Source: Ministeria vibrans ATCC 50519 (taxonomy: Eukaryota > Protista > Filasterea). From it: a DNA stretch of 64,000 nt. Shown here one piece after another: positions 42,124-55,790 of this stretch (positions are counted from its first letter, which is position 1; the number at the start of each line of letters is the position of its first letter). The notes beneath the pieces are model-generated. The model was not told the origin of the DNA. It searched no databases and saw only the letters and a program-made list of their open reading frames with translations. The stretch is taken from the NCBI GenBank assembly GCA_943704425.1, contig CALSCP010000863.1:1-64000 (forward strand), read 5' to 3'. The position numbers and the translations under genes were made by a program.

Positions 42124-45100
42124 ATGGACATTGACATTCGTCAACTGGAGGCGTTGGCGGGAGAATGGGGTGGACAGCAAGTTGAATTAGAGGCGAGGCA
42201 AGTGCAGGTTGCCTTGGCAACCCTCCAAAAGCGCATTCAGATTGCTTCGGTGTTGTCGCACGACGGCGAACTCCTTGGCGAACTCGGCGGCTCTTCCGAG
42301 GCGGTCGGTTCGTCCCAATGGACAATGGAAATGACGACGGAGCGTGCATTGGGAACGGTCGCAACGAACATGTTGAACGAGAAACTTGCACGTTCGAGTG
42401 GCGCTCAAGCGAGCACAACTCAGCTCGCAACCGAGTGTCTCTCGCGTACCACATCACAGCTGGAAGCCATTTTGTCTCGTTGTCATCGCGGCGAACTGCA
42501 AAACGTCAATGGAAGGAAAACAGCCGTTGCGGAAATTCGCACGCTTGTCAATCACCTTCAACGCTCATTTGAATCTCTCGGCTTGACCCCTCCCAAGCTC
42601 TTCTGTGAGGCTGAACATGCTGGTGTCTACCGAACGTTCATCGACGAGCGTTACGTCAAATTTGCCCGTACGGTCGAGCAAGCGTGTCTGAGTCTGCTCC
42701 AGTCTATGGTGTCGATGGGCGACGCCTGCAGTAGTGAAAGTGCCGCCCCGGATGCAGTCGATATTTTGTTCGCATTGCTGCATGCGTATGGTCGACCGAA
42801 AGTGTGGCCTCGCGCTTACGCACAAGGGCTCTTTACACAGAGCAAAGTGATACAGCGAGATACCTCCCTAGAGGATAATCTTGGGCGTCTGGTTGACATG
42901 TATTCGCACAACTCAATATGTGCACTGAATATAGCCGAGGTCAATCTTACTAGCGACTTACCTCGCCGAATTGCACTCGTGGCGTTGCTTGCTGAGACCA
43001 TTACTCAGCGCGACGATCTATTTCAACGCCAGTGTGCACACCCCATCTCCGTAAACCGTCTTGTCGATGCCCTTCACACAGGCTATGTTTCGCTCACCGC
43101 AACACTGCGCCATCTTCTCGAGCAAGTTGCGCCTTTTGTGGGCGCGCGCCACGCTCAGTTGGAACCATGCAAGTCCATACTCGAGGAACTGCGTCCGCGA
43201 CTCGACTTGTCGTCGCAGATGTCGGCAGTGACTTCTACAGCTCCACCCGCGCAAGTAGTGAAGCTCGTGGACACGGACATGGACGAGCTCTGCCGTCTGG
43301 CCGTCGAGCGAATACGTCAGGCATTTGACAGTTGCGTCGATGAGTTGCGCGTGAGTAATCGCGCCAAGTGGACGCGTGTGATTCTGCAGACAACGTCGAC
43401 ACGATTACGTCCGCATCACGCGAGCTTGTGGTGCGCCACAGACACTTTATCTTCGACTCTCTCATACCTTCAACGCGTCACGCTGACCCTGTCGGCCATG
43501 GGTTCCACACGTCTCATGGACCGTTGGACTGCGGCGATTGTGCAAAACGCACTCTTCGACGACTTTGTCTCGCGCACGCTGCACCTCTGTGATTGTGCCT
43601 GGGACACCCCTCATCCTCAGCCAATGCGCTTCCTGAGCCTTGCCTCTGCCTGTGCCCTTTTCTCCCATGTTCTCTTTTCCTACCTCAACAATACTCACAA
43701 GACGCAGCTCGAGCACGCACAGCAACGCTGTTGCGACTGTGCCTCCACTCACTTTGTGGCGCGCGCCGCCGTGACCTGGCTCGACCGTGTCGGCGATCAC
43801 TATAACGACATGCGTGCTATGCAAGGCGAGCCGCGCGCATCGCCTGCATTTTGCTACGCCTTTGTTGATCTCTGGTCGTTTATTTGCGATGCGCGCTTGC
43901 TTCTTACGTCTACAAGTCATGAGGCCGGTCGACACTTGCGTAGTCTTATTGTGGGCACGGCAGCGCATTGCTTGGGCATGCTGGCCGAGCGTCTCGCGCG
44001 TGTATCGCCCTCGTGGTCGCGCCGTCCCCAGTACACTCAAGATGGCAAGCTCATTCTCATTCTGGCTCATCTTGTGCACTCGGTGGTCGGCGTTCACCCG
44101 TTTCAGTTGGTTCCCACCCTTGAGAGTCAATTGACTCACTGGGCCTATCGCTGTGCTCCTCTAGCAACCTTCCTCAACGAGCCCAGCACCGACGAACACG
44201 TGCCGTCACTGCGCATGCATGAGCCACCAATGCTCCTGCAGGTGGACGCCTGGCACTGGTCTTTGGCCCAGTGGTTCTTTTCCAGCGACCGAACTTGTGG
44301 CTGTATCGACACACTTGTCTCTGTGCTCTTTCTTCAGCGCGGCCGTCTGCTGCGCCTGGTCTACGAGCGAACGTGGCGCACTAGCGAACAGGATCAGCTA
44401 GCAGTGAGTCGTCTGCTACACTCACAAATACACGACGTGCATGGGCGCATGCAGAGTGTCCTCTTGGCCAGCACTCTCGAGAATTGCAAGGACGCAGACG
44501 TGCCTGTCACCAGCTGGTTCTATCGAGCAGCAGGTTCCAATTTGCCTCTCTGGTGTGTCTATGTGCTCTGGTGCGTGCGTCATTTTATTGGTACTCGTGG
44601 GTGGAGCCGAGGAAGCTGTGCCGAGACACTGCTTGCCCAGGTCATACCGACGCTCAACCTTCCGCTCCTCGCTACCTTTCTTCCGCTCCGTCGCCTTGTC
44701 GAGACACTCGCCTGCTGTGTGTGTTCCGACGAGCAATCTGCCAATGTCCTGGTATCTCTACTACTGAGCACGGAGAATACACTAGGGCAGCTGTTTGCCA
44801 AGGCACAGCAGTCGACGACGCATGTCACGTCGTCCGAGGCGCACTTGATGACTCTCGACCGTGCCACGGCGCTCCGCCTTGTGCCAGCGTGCAGCGAGTA
44901 TGTCGCCAGCGAGCTCACTGCAACGCCCTTCCTTGCTGCCCTTCCATTCAGTCCTCGTCCGACACACAAATGCTTTAGTCCTGGTCCTGTACTCGCAGCG
45001 GTTTGCAAGTCTCTCTCTGCAATCGGCACAGCACTCACACATGTCAAAGTGAACTGGCGTCCGCTCGCGAACGACGTTGCCACCACCCCCGCGGTCATGC

Positions 45101-45423
45101 TGGGCGTTCTGCAGGACGTACGCCCCGAACTCTCTCCGTCACTCGCCGCCCGCTTGTATCCTCCACTGACCGAGGAGGAGCGTTTGCAGGCAGCACAAGT
45201 TCAACGGCTGATTGACGCGCAAGACCAAGAGACGACGTCAAAGCATTGCCATGCGAAGGAGAAGCAGTCAGTTGTCGTTGGAGAGTGTACGGATGATGTT
45301 TCTCCACACTCGGGTGCGGGACTGGGTGAGACACTTGAAGATGTTGATGTGTGTGGCGATCGCGAGCGCAACGGAGGAATTGGTGCGGAGTTACTCAGTG
45401 AAAGTGAAGATGATTTGGATTAA
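42124..45423 (+). CDS. KIAA0825-like (DUF4495) large helical protein, single exon
   Basis: ATG at 42124 opens an ORF of about 1100 aa. HYNDMRAMQGEPRASPAF and LGMLAERLARVSPSWSRRPQYTQD resemble conserved KIAA0825 segments. Confidence 0.65.
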   Translation: MDIDIRQLEALAGEWGGQQVELEARQVQVALATLQKRIQIASVLSHDGELLGELGGSSEAVGSSQWTMEMTTERALGTVATNMLNEKLARSSGAQASTTQLATECLSRTTSQLEAILSRCHRGELQNVNGRKTAVAEIRTLVNHLQRSFESLGLTPPKLFCEAEHAGVYRTFIDERYVKFARTVEQACLSLLQSMVSMGDACSSESAAPDAVDILFALLHAYGRPKVWPRAYAQGLFTQSKVIQRDTSLEDNLGRLVDMYSHNSICALNIAEVNLTSDLPRRIALVALLAETITQRDDLFQRQCAHPISVNRLVDALHTGYVSLTATLRHLLEQVAPFVGARHAQLEPCKSILEELRPRLDLSSQMSAVTSTAPPAQVVKLVDTDMDELCRLAVERIRQAFDSCVDELRVSNRAKWTRVILQTTSTRLRPHHASLWCATDTLSSTLSYLQRVTLTLSAMGSTRLMDRWTAAIVQNALFDDFVSRTLHLCDCAWDTPHPQPMRFLSLASACALFSHVLFSYLNNTHKTQLEHAQQRCCDCASTHFVARAAVTWLDRVGDHYNDMRAMQGEPRASPAFCYAFVDLWSFICDARLLLTSTSHEAGRHLRSLIVGTAAHCLGMLAERLARVSPSWSRRPQYTQDGKLILILAHLVHSVVGVHPFQLVPTLESQLTHWAYRCAPLATFLNEPSTDEHVPSLRMHEPPMLLQVDAWHWSLAQWFFSSDRTCGCIDTLVSVLFLQRGRLLRLVYERTWRTSEQDQLAVSRLLHSQIHDVHGRMQSVLLASTLENCKDADVPVTSWFYRAAGSNLPLWCVYVLWCVRHFIGTRGWSRGSCAETLLAQVIPTLNLPLLATFLPLRRLVETLACCVCSDEQSANVLVSLLLSTENTLGQLFAKAQQSTTHVTSSEAHLMTLDRATALRLVPACSEYVASELTATPFLAALPFSPRPTHKCFSPGPVLAAVCKSLSAIGTALTHVKVNWRPLANDVATTPAVMLGVLQDVRPELSPSLAARLYPPLTEEERLQAAQVQRLIDAQDQETTSKHCHAKEKQSVVVGECTDDVSPHSGAGLGETLEDVDVCGDRERNGGIGAELLSESEDDLD

Positions 45424-45629
45424 AATGAAAATAATTATTATTTTATTTGTATTATTAATAATTAATTATCGGTCTACAGACTCTACACTCCCTTTTGTCA
45501 ATTGTCACTTGAAAGTTTTTATCTTGGTCGTCTCTCGGCTGATCGCAAACTGATTTGACGCCCTGACATGGTAAGATTACCTTTTGTTGATGGTTAATTA
45601 ATATGATTTTTGTCATTATATTTTATAGA

Positions 45630-46496
45630 ATGCCCCCCAAGTTTGGATCGTCTGCACCCAAGTGCCCTCGTTGTGATAAGTCAGTCTATGCAAACGAAGA
45701 GAGGGTCAGCACTCAAAAATGAGAAGATCAAAGCGGAGAGTAAATAGTGAGTTTAGAAAGCGGCCAATTCGTCCTTCCACGTTCGCTGCTTCCTTTGCGT
45801 CGTGTGCAAGACGGGCTTGTCGTCCACTACAGTTGCCGAACACGACGGCGAAATCTATTGTAAAGTCTGTCATGCGAAGGATTTCGGACCCAAAGGTGTC
45901 AAAACATTGTTACGAGAGAGATAGAGAAAGAGAAAGAGAGAGAGAGAGAAAGAGAGAGAGATTGAGGAGTGTGTGTGTGTATGGCAATATGTGTATATGA
46001 CAATGTGCGTGTGTGCGTGTGCGTGTGTGTGTGAGAGAGAGAGAGTGTGTGCTTCGTATGTTGAGTGTGTGACTGACACTCTTTGCTCTTCTCAGGCTTT
46101 GGTTACAGCTCCACCGGGTCGTTTATGCACACTGGTACAAAGGGGAATGTGGGTGCAAGTGCAGGGACAGCGCCAGAGTCGGACGAACCGCGCAGTGAAA
46201 TCGTGGAGAGTGCGAATGTCAAGCCGGAGAAGGCAAAGGCGCGCCCGCAGTTTGGAGGCGCACCGTCCTGTCCGCGCTGTGCCAAGTCGGTGTACGCGGC
46301 CGAGCAGGTTCTTGGGCCGAGCGGCTCGTCGTGGCACAAGATGTGCTTTGCATGCAACGAGTGCGGGAAACTACTGAGTTCGGTGACGGCTGCGGATCGT
46401 GATGGCCAAGTTTACTGCAAGACGTGCCACGCTAAAAAGTTCGGTCCCAAGGGCTATGGCTTTGCGAGTGGTGCAGCCATTTTCCACACAGAATAA
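45630..46496 (+). CDS. Cysteine- and glycine-rich two-LIM-domain protein (CRP/CSRP/MLP family)
   Basis: [14 protein letters not shown]|[21 protein letters not shown]...[15 protein letters not shown]|FGY and [14 protein letters not shown]...[15 protein letters not shown]...[17 protein letters not shown]. Confidence 0.93.
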
Positions 46497-46536
46497 GAGA
46501 AATAAAGAAAGGGAGATGATTGTATTTGTTTTTTGT

Positions 46537-48906
<2,370 letters not shown>

Positions 48907-49341
48907 TGTAATAAGAAAATGTTGTGACTTGCGTTGTTGACTAATGACTTGTGTTGATTTTGAGAATTGTGATTAGAATTCTGTTGAATAATATCGGCTT
49001 GTCGAGTGCAGGCAATTAGGCAAAACAGTAAATTAGCAGTTAGTGTCTTAATGACTCAGTACTCAGTTGTGTCTAATACTTAATTGCTACGATTTGAGTT
49101 TTGATTCGAATACTGCGCACACACACTTTTTCTTCTACAAAATCGAAATCAAAAAAAATAAGATGATGCTCAAATTTGCCTGAAACCGCAATAGAATCGA
49201 ATTAGTAGATTCAGTTCGAGCGCCAGTCAACGTCCGTAGAGTTATTTTGCATTTTTACTATTACATGCTGTTCTCTCGCCACTTGGGACAAGAGGAGACA
49301 AAAGAAAGGGAGAAGAAAAAAACGGCAAACAAAAACGATTC

Positions 49342-51007
49342 TCACTCAGTCTGTGAAATGGGAACCCAGAACATACGCTTGAGAGGATAGGTAGTGGAGC
49401 GCATGCGAACACTCTCGCGCGACCACACGAGTTCAGCCCAGTCCATGTCTAAACAAAAACAAAAAGTGTGAGTGAAGTAAAGTTTCCCCCTCATACACAC
49501 ACACATACACACATATATATGTACCAGTATGCTCAATGGTAACGTGTTGGGGTGCCAGAGGCAATGAAGTGGCAGCGAGGGCGCGACGAGGCGCGTTCTT
49601 GAGGGCATCGTCAACGCGGGCAAAGCGGTACTTGTCAAAGTCAAGGGAGCCGTCAACGAGAAGGGCGACCATCTCGGGAGGGGTGTGGGGCACAGTGGAG
49701 GAAGGGGTGGTGGGAATGGGGATGGGCGAGGCAGACGACGAGACGGTCGATGACGATGAGTTGCGCTGTTGTTGTTGTTGCTGTTGATGGTGGTGAGACT
49801 GTTGTGCTTCAGCGAGAGAGTGGAGGACGGTCGCGGATGACTCGAGATGGGCTGTGCCACTTCCGGGAATGCGCGAGAGTTCATAACGGGCCGAGGCGGA
49901 TTCAAGGAAAAGGACTTCGTGTTTGAGGCGGAAGGAAGTGTAGGCGGCGACGGAGGTGCCACGGTCGGCAACAAGGTTGAGAGTGTATTTGAGACAGGGC
50001 TCATTGCTGAAGCCGAACGAGACGCTCACGTTGGGGAGGAGTTCGCATTCGGAAGTTGCTGAGGGAGAGACAAGGAAGGGCGATGGGGATGCATTGTGAC
50101 TGCTACTACTGGTGGTGGTGGTGAGAGGGGCAAGAGCAGCGGAGTCTTTGAGAGAAGCAGGAAGCGACAGGGCCGACGAAGAGGTGGGAGGACGCGACGT
50201 GCGATGGTTGCGACGCGACGAAGTTGAGCCATTCGATGCGCCAGTGCCATTCGTAGGCTGGGTGCCATTGGATACAGCTGTTGTTACTGCACCGTTTGCA
50301 CTTGCCGCGGTGCTTTTATTCTTGCGCTGTTGCAGCACGTCGGGTGTGAGCCAGCACACCGACTCAATGGTGACACTGTACGCGTCGTGGCCCTGCAGCC
50401 ACTCGCGTGATTGTAAGTTGTGACGGTTTGACGCGTGGTATGCATCGCATTGCCCGCCCACCTTGACCTGAAGTGACAGGTCCGCTTCGGGAGGCACCTG
50501 TGTGGGCTGCACAAAGCCCATGTGGACTGCAACGGCAACTAAATCGCTGTCGTCCGTGTACATGTCGGTGCCCCACAGCTGTCCGGTATTCAACTTTTCG
50601 TTCGAAATGGTAATGTACCGTGCGGGCACCTGTACCTCGAACACCTCGCCTTCGTGGCCACTCAGCACGGGAAGCAGCTCGCCCGGTGAGTAGGTGAACA
50701 TCTCAAGTGGCTCCACCACCAGCGGAGGAATGCTATGGGCGGTCACACCAGCGGTACTGCCACTCTCTTCCATCACCTGGCCCTTGACAGGGGCATCGTT
50801 TGCCACTCCATTTTCTAACACACAAAGAGAGAAAAAGAGTTGAGTCTCACTGCGACAACCGTGCCTGTGCGCCCTCCTCCCACTCCCCGTACCGAGTTTC
50901 GCTCGCTTTGGCGCGGGCGCTAAAGGCTCAGGCGCACCTTCGTGGACACCGTTGGTCTTTTCCGAGACCATATCGCCATTGGCAGAGCGTTTCGCTCCAA
51001 CAGACGT
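49342..51007 (-). CDS. Histone deacetylase complex subunit, Rxt3/HDC1-like (LCCL-like fold); 5' exon(s) unresolved
   Basis: VQVPARYI...QLWGTDMYTDDSDLVAVAVHMG, YHASNRHNLQSREW, FSNEPCLKYTLNLVADRG, FRLKHEVLFLES...RYEL and DMDWAELVWS. An acceptor AG at 51009-51008 implies upstream exon(s), possibly near 51897-51959. Confidence 0.85.
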
Positions 51008-52334
51008 CTACAGAGTAAGAGAGAGAGAGAGAGAGAGAATGAGAGTGACAAGTGCAATTTGTCAAAACAAGAGATTTTTTTTGTGTGTATTCTCCACACG
51101 AACATTTCCAGGCAATACACAACTCTTCCAACACTATCCTGCACATACTACCGCCACAGGCCATCGTATGGTGGCAAAGCAAACCCCCACAGATGCCTGT
51201 GGGAGGAGCACAGCGCATTCGGAGCAAGAAAGGCACCCATTTACTAAGAGAAGAAATAAAGCGACAGTTGTACTTTCGTTGTACTTTCGTTGTACTNNNN
51301 NNNNGCGCATTCGGAGCAAGAAAGGCAAAAAAAAAAAAAAAGCGACCCGGAAAGAAAAACAGACTCATTCGCGATTCAGCAAAGGCCCAGAGCTCACCAC
51401 ACCCGACTGAATGCCAGTCGTGCAGTGGCGTGAACTGTACAGGTTGAGCTGAGAATAGTTTGACTTTCGTTCCATTTTTTTTTAAAAAAATTTTTTTTGA
51501 GTGCCGGCCAAAAAGCGAAATGAGCGATAGAGTGAGGGGAGGAGTGGCAGAGTGGGGTGGAGTGGTAGAGGGCTGGGTGGAGAACAGGCAGCGGGCAAGA
51601 GCAGGGGCAAGGGAGGCGCAGGGGGGGCAGAGGGTGCTGTCAAAGGCGCATGTGTGGGGCGACGGCACTGCGTCCGCTGACAGACCCACACGGAGACTCT
51701 GCAGCGCCATGGCAACGGTGTCGACGGGGCAAGGGGCTCGCGTGGCATGTGCCCAGCCCCGCCGTGCGCCACGTAGCCACCGGGAAAGGGCGTAACGTCT
51801 CGAACTGACTCAGAGCAAGGCGGAGCCGTCGTCACCCATGATATGACCCCAGCCACCNNNNNNNNNNTTTTTTTTTTTTTTTTTTTTTTTTTTTACCAGT
51901 AAGTTATTGGGCATTCCTAGACGATCTCCTTGCACAGCAACAACGGCAATGGAGGACATGCAAGACGAAGAGGCAGAGCGCGCGGAGGTGAAGGGGAAAA
52001 TAAGGGAGTGGGGAGCAACGGATGAGTTTGATGACAAAAAACTGAATAGGTTTGACTTTTGACGTTTCAGTTTTGGTTATAATGGCAACTAATTCAACTC
52101 GATCAAAGTTGGAAAAATAAAAAAATAAAAAGTTGAAATTCGTGAGATGAAAGCAATTGCCTACTGCCTACTGGTTAGAATTGTGAATTGTCATTTGATT
52201 TGTTGCCATTCAACATGGGTGGTGAGATCGAGCTTGAAATTGAATCTATGACGCTATTTCGTATCAAACGATTGTTTTTTTTTAAATCTGTCACAGACCA
52301 ATAAAGTACACATTCCGCGTCAGGAGGGATTGGT

Positions 52335-53456
52335 TCACTCTGCATCGTCGGCAGCACCAGGAGCTATGAGAATGGAAAAGGGAAATGAAAAAAAAAGTGA
52401 AAAGAATAATTACCTCCACCGCCTTTGGGAGCAGCTCTTAAGAGCATTTCGACGTCGTCTGCGCGCCCTTTGGAAGTGCGCTGGGTGCGACGTCGCCCAA
52501 TGGCCACCATCATGTGGAGCCCGCCGGTGAGGATCAGGAAAATGCCCGCGACAATGCTCGACACGCTCCCACAGAAGAAACAGAAGATGGACAGACTGAA
52601 GACACAAGGGAGGGAGGGATATCGGTGTGAGTCCATTTGGGTGCAATTGGCAGTGCTTACCCATAGTAAATACCCATTTTCCACCAGTAGGTGAGTTTGG
52701 AGAGCTTCTCGCCAAACCAAATGCAACACTCGGCCCACTGGAAGAGCAATGGAAGTTCCCCGATAAGAATGAGACTCCCACAAGCACTACACACAGACCA
52801 TTTTCAAAACAAGGCAAACTCTTTCTTTCTTATTTGTGTCCTTACACCATGTAGATGGCAACAATCCAGCAAATGGCAGTGAGAGAGATCACCGTGACAA
52901 TACCACCAATGACAAGTGCTACACAAAACGAACACAATGAGTATGTGTCGTGTCATAAGAGACACATCAAGTCTCTCTCTCTCTCTCTCTCTCTTATATA
53001 TATGCAAGCCTCAGGGCTCGTACCAAGGGCGGTGATAATGGCAGCAAGGCGTGCGACCAGCTTGAGTCCACAGTCGTGCCAGGAGAACTTGCCCGTGTCG
53101 CCATCGCCATCGCTCTCGTGCTGCTCTGTGGCGGGCACCGCGGTAGCCCCAAGCGCACCCATCTGCTTGGCAGCCTCGTGCTGCACTGCACTGGTCGTGG
53201 CGGCCCCCACCGCCGCGTACACCGTGTCGAAGATGTTTTTCTCAAACGTCAATTTGGGCGATGGATACGACGCAGACATGCTGTTGCCGCTGCCGCTGGC
53301 GTCGCCGGTCGGGGCGCTCGGGCCTGCTTCGCTTGCGGAGCGAGTCAGACGATCGGGAGTTTGAGGAGCGGGCGCAGAGCTGTTTGGTTGTTTCTTGGCT
53401 GAACTTGTCTTGCCACCGAGTCCCGAGGTCGTAATGTCTGGTAATAGAGTCGACAT
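52335..53456 (-). CDS. Flower / TVP18 family membrane protein (CACFD1-like), 5 exons
   Basis: Spliced: LKLVARLAAIITAL|ALVIGGIVTVISLTAICWIVAIYMV|ACGSLILIGELPLLFQWAECCIWFGEKLSKLTYWWKMGIYYG|LSIF...FLILTGGLHMMVAIGRR, which parallels Flower (RLSGVLGA; LLLCEAPFCCQFIE; SWQKAVFYCG; ATGVLYGLSALGKK). Confidence 0.82.
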
Positions 53457-53580
53457 AGTGGGACGGGGGAGGGAGAGAGGACGACTGCTAAGGAGGAGGA
53501 AATGAGCAGCAAAGAAAGAAAAAAAGAATAAGAGATAGAAACTGAGAAAATAAATAGAGAATCAAGAGCTGTAGTCAATG

Positions 53581-53787
53581 TCAACACAAGACAATATACA
53601 AAACAAAGAGCAGCACAATTCTTCCGCCGTAGACTTCAAGAGACAAGAATGTTCCGAAAGAAGCCCATAGACCAACTGATACACCAGAAAAAAGAATATT
53701 TATTACTGACTTATTCATGATACAGTCGCCAGGATCAACAGAGGTAGTCGCAAAGGCATAAGAATATTTCGAATTTTTATCACTCAC
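53581..53787 (-). pseudogene. Possible isolated fragment resembling TM1 of a formate/nitrite transporter (FNT)
   Basis: KSVINILFSGVSVGLWASFGTFLSLEVYGG resembles the FNT first-helix pattern (GxxAGxxxxFGxxLSLxVxGG). The rest of such a gene is not visible. Confidence 0.25.
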
Positions 53788-53975
53788 AAAACGAAAAGCG
53801 ACAACACAAACAGCTTAAAACCACTTTGTAAGCGCTACAGAAGCATCAATATTAATTATTAACAATGATAATTGTTTTGTTGCAGTGAGGCCACGTACAT
53901 ACATGTGCATGAAAGAGATCAAGTGGGTGGTTGTATTGATAGAGAGGAAGGGAGGAGTTAACACTCGGGAGAAGG

Positions 53976-55790
53976 TTAAAGGTAGTATGGAATAGCGAAG
54001 GGTTGTCCGCTGTCGTCGACAGGCCACAGGCCTTGGTCGTGCATCTTGCGGCGTGCGTCCTCAAGAGCCTCGTGTGTCTTCACGATCATCCAGCGAGGAG
54101 TCTTTTTACGCATTTCCCGAGCGTGCTGCCCGATACAGGAAGCATTGCTCTTTTTGCCACATTTGCACTCGCGACGAGACTTGCCACACGTGCACGTGAA
54201 GCCGTAGGAGACAGCTAAATCGTACGGAGAAATCTCGTCACGGTTGGCATCAAGGAAGGCAGCCATGCGGAGAAGGATGCTAGCATGCATACGGTCCTTC
54301 ACGCACTTGCCAGAGGCCGTCACGATACTGCCCATGCCGCACGCTTCTGGCTGAGTAGGCGCGCAAACCATTGTGTCACATTTCTTGTCGCCCCAAAAGC
54401 GTCCCTTGGTCAGACCAAAGGCGGTACGGACACGACATAAGGGCACCTGGTCGTCGACCGCGTTTTGAAACGCTTCCTTCTGCTCAGGCGACATGCGCTC
54501 GAGCAGGTCTTTCGCAAAAGCAACATACTTCTCGGCCACTTCGACCAAATTTTTTTTTGATTCCCCCGCAGATGAGCGCGTGTTTTGCTTTTCTCGCTTA
54601 TCGCTGTTGGGACTCGGAGTAGTAGTAGTTGACGCAGGAAGAGACATTGTGGATAGGTGTGCGGGCTGTTGAGCGGCAGCCGCAGTAGTTGACGACGAAG
54701 CACACGGAGCGGGAGACATCGTCATCTGGTGGGGGGGGTTAGATGTAGACGCCGTCAACGTCTTGGCTGTATTGGCCTCGTTGGCGCGCTGTCGCGCGCC
54801 TTTAGCAGCAGTGCTCCTATCAGCACCACTGAAACTTGTCGTCACACTCTTGCGCGTAGAAGATGATTCGCGCGCAGACGTGGACGACGGAGCGCGTGCC
54901 GTACAGAAATCCATTAATTGATAGATTTCAGTCGGCCCGCAGGAAAAAGCCGCTGGACCAGCTTGAGATTTCAAGCTGGAAGCGACGTGGTCACATTGAT
55001 CCCCGATATGAAGACTATCAATCGGGGAGGGAATGGGACTCGACGATGTTGCGGGACACACCGAGGGTGGCGGTGATTCCCTAAACGCGTCGTCAGACTT
55101 GACGCTACGTCCTGAAGACGAATGGCCAAGGCTGCTGGGTGGCAAGACTGCACACCTCTTGGCTGTATTGGCCTTATTCGCGCGCGAAAGCGCGCCTTGA
55201 GCTATATCAGCAGTTTCAGCACTACTGAAACTTGTCGTCACACTCTTGCGCGTAGAAGATGATTCGCGCGCAGACGTGGACGACGGAGCGCGTGCCGTAC
55301 AGAAATCCATTAATTGATAGATTTCAGTCGGCCCGCAGGAAAACGCCGCTGGACCAGTTTGAGATTTCAAACTGGAAGCGACGTGGGCACATTGATCATC
55401 CCCTGTATGAACCGAGGAGAGAATGCGGAGCGAAAATGTTGCGGGAGATACCGATCCACATGGAGGCGGTAATTCCCTCAACGCGTCGTTATTGGACGCA
55501 TAATGGGCGAAGCTAATCGGTGTATCAGCACCGATAACGTCATCGACCATCCCCTGAGAAAAGGGATTAAAAGAATGAGAAGCCGCTACACCTTCAGAAT
55601 GTAGCGACCCAACATCAAAAGCGCATTCTATGCGCATTCGTTTCGCACACTGTGCTACAGTGTCGTCGAGCTCGCAACTCGATCGTTTCCTTCGCGATTC
55701 TTCCGTAGAACAGAAGAATGCAATACTCTCACGCACGTCAAGCGTGTGAGAAATGACATCATCCAACACCTGATTTGGAATGAACAACTC
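53976..55790 (-). CDS. Uncharacterised protein with a 132-aa internal duplication and a Cys-rich C-terminal domain; 5' exons likely at ~55880-56270
   Basis: A 600-aa open exon follows an AG acceptor at 55792-55791. The segment VASSLKSQ.GPAAFSCGPTEIYQLMDFCTARAPSSTSARESSSTRKSVTTSFS occurs twice. The C-terminus contains FTCTCGKSRRECKCGKKSNASC. Confidence 0.65.
   Translation of the reverse strand, partial: ELFIPNQVLDDVISHTLDVRESIAFFCSTEESRRKRSSCELDDTVAQCAKRMRIECAFDVGSLHSEGVAASHSFNPFSQGMVDDVIGADTPISFAHYASNNDALRELPPPCGSVSPATFSLRILSSVHTGDDQCAHVASSLKSQTGPAAFSCGPTEIYQLMDFCTARAPSSTSARESSSTRKSVTTSFSSAETADIAQGALSRANKANTAKRCAVLPPSSLGHSSSGRSVKSDDAFRESPPPSVCPATSSSPIPSPIDSLHIGDQCDHVASSLKSQAGPAAFSCGPTEIYQLMDFCTARAPSSTSARESSSTRKSVTTSFSGADRSTAAKGARQRANEANTAKTLTASTSNPPHQMTMSPAPCASSSTTAAAAQQPAHLSTMSLPASTTTTPSPNSDKREKQNTRSSAGESKKNLVEVAEKYVAFAKDLLERMSPEQKEAFQNAVDDQVPLCRVRTAFGLTKGRFWGDKKCDTMVCAPTQPEACGMGSIVTASGKCVKDRMHASILLRMAAFLDANRDEISPYDLAVSYGFTCTCGKSRRECKCGKKSNASCIGQHAREMRKKTPRWMIVKTHEALEDARRKMHDQGLWPVDDSGQPFAIPYYL
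54761..55490. repeat. Two-copy 396-bp-period tandem duplication inside a coding exon
   Basis: Near-identical blocks: the same small + strand ORF start (MIRAQTWTTERVPY) recurs at 54863 and 55259. Confidence 0.92.

Noticed and set aside
51213-51330. Direct repeat gcgcattcggagcaagaaaggca and (gttgtactttc)x3 around an N gap
   Set aside because: It flanks a gap and is likely a contig-end overlap artefact rather than the terminus of an element.
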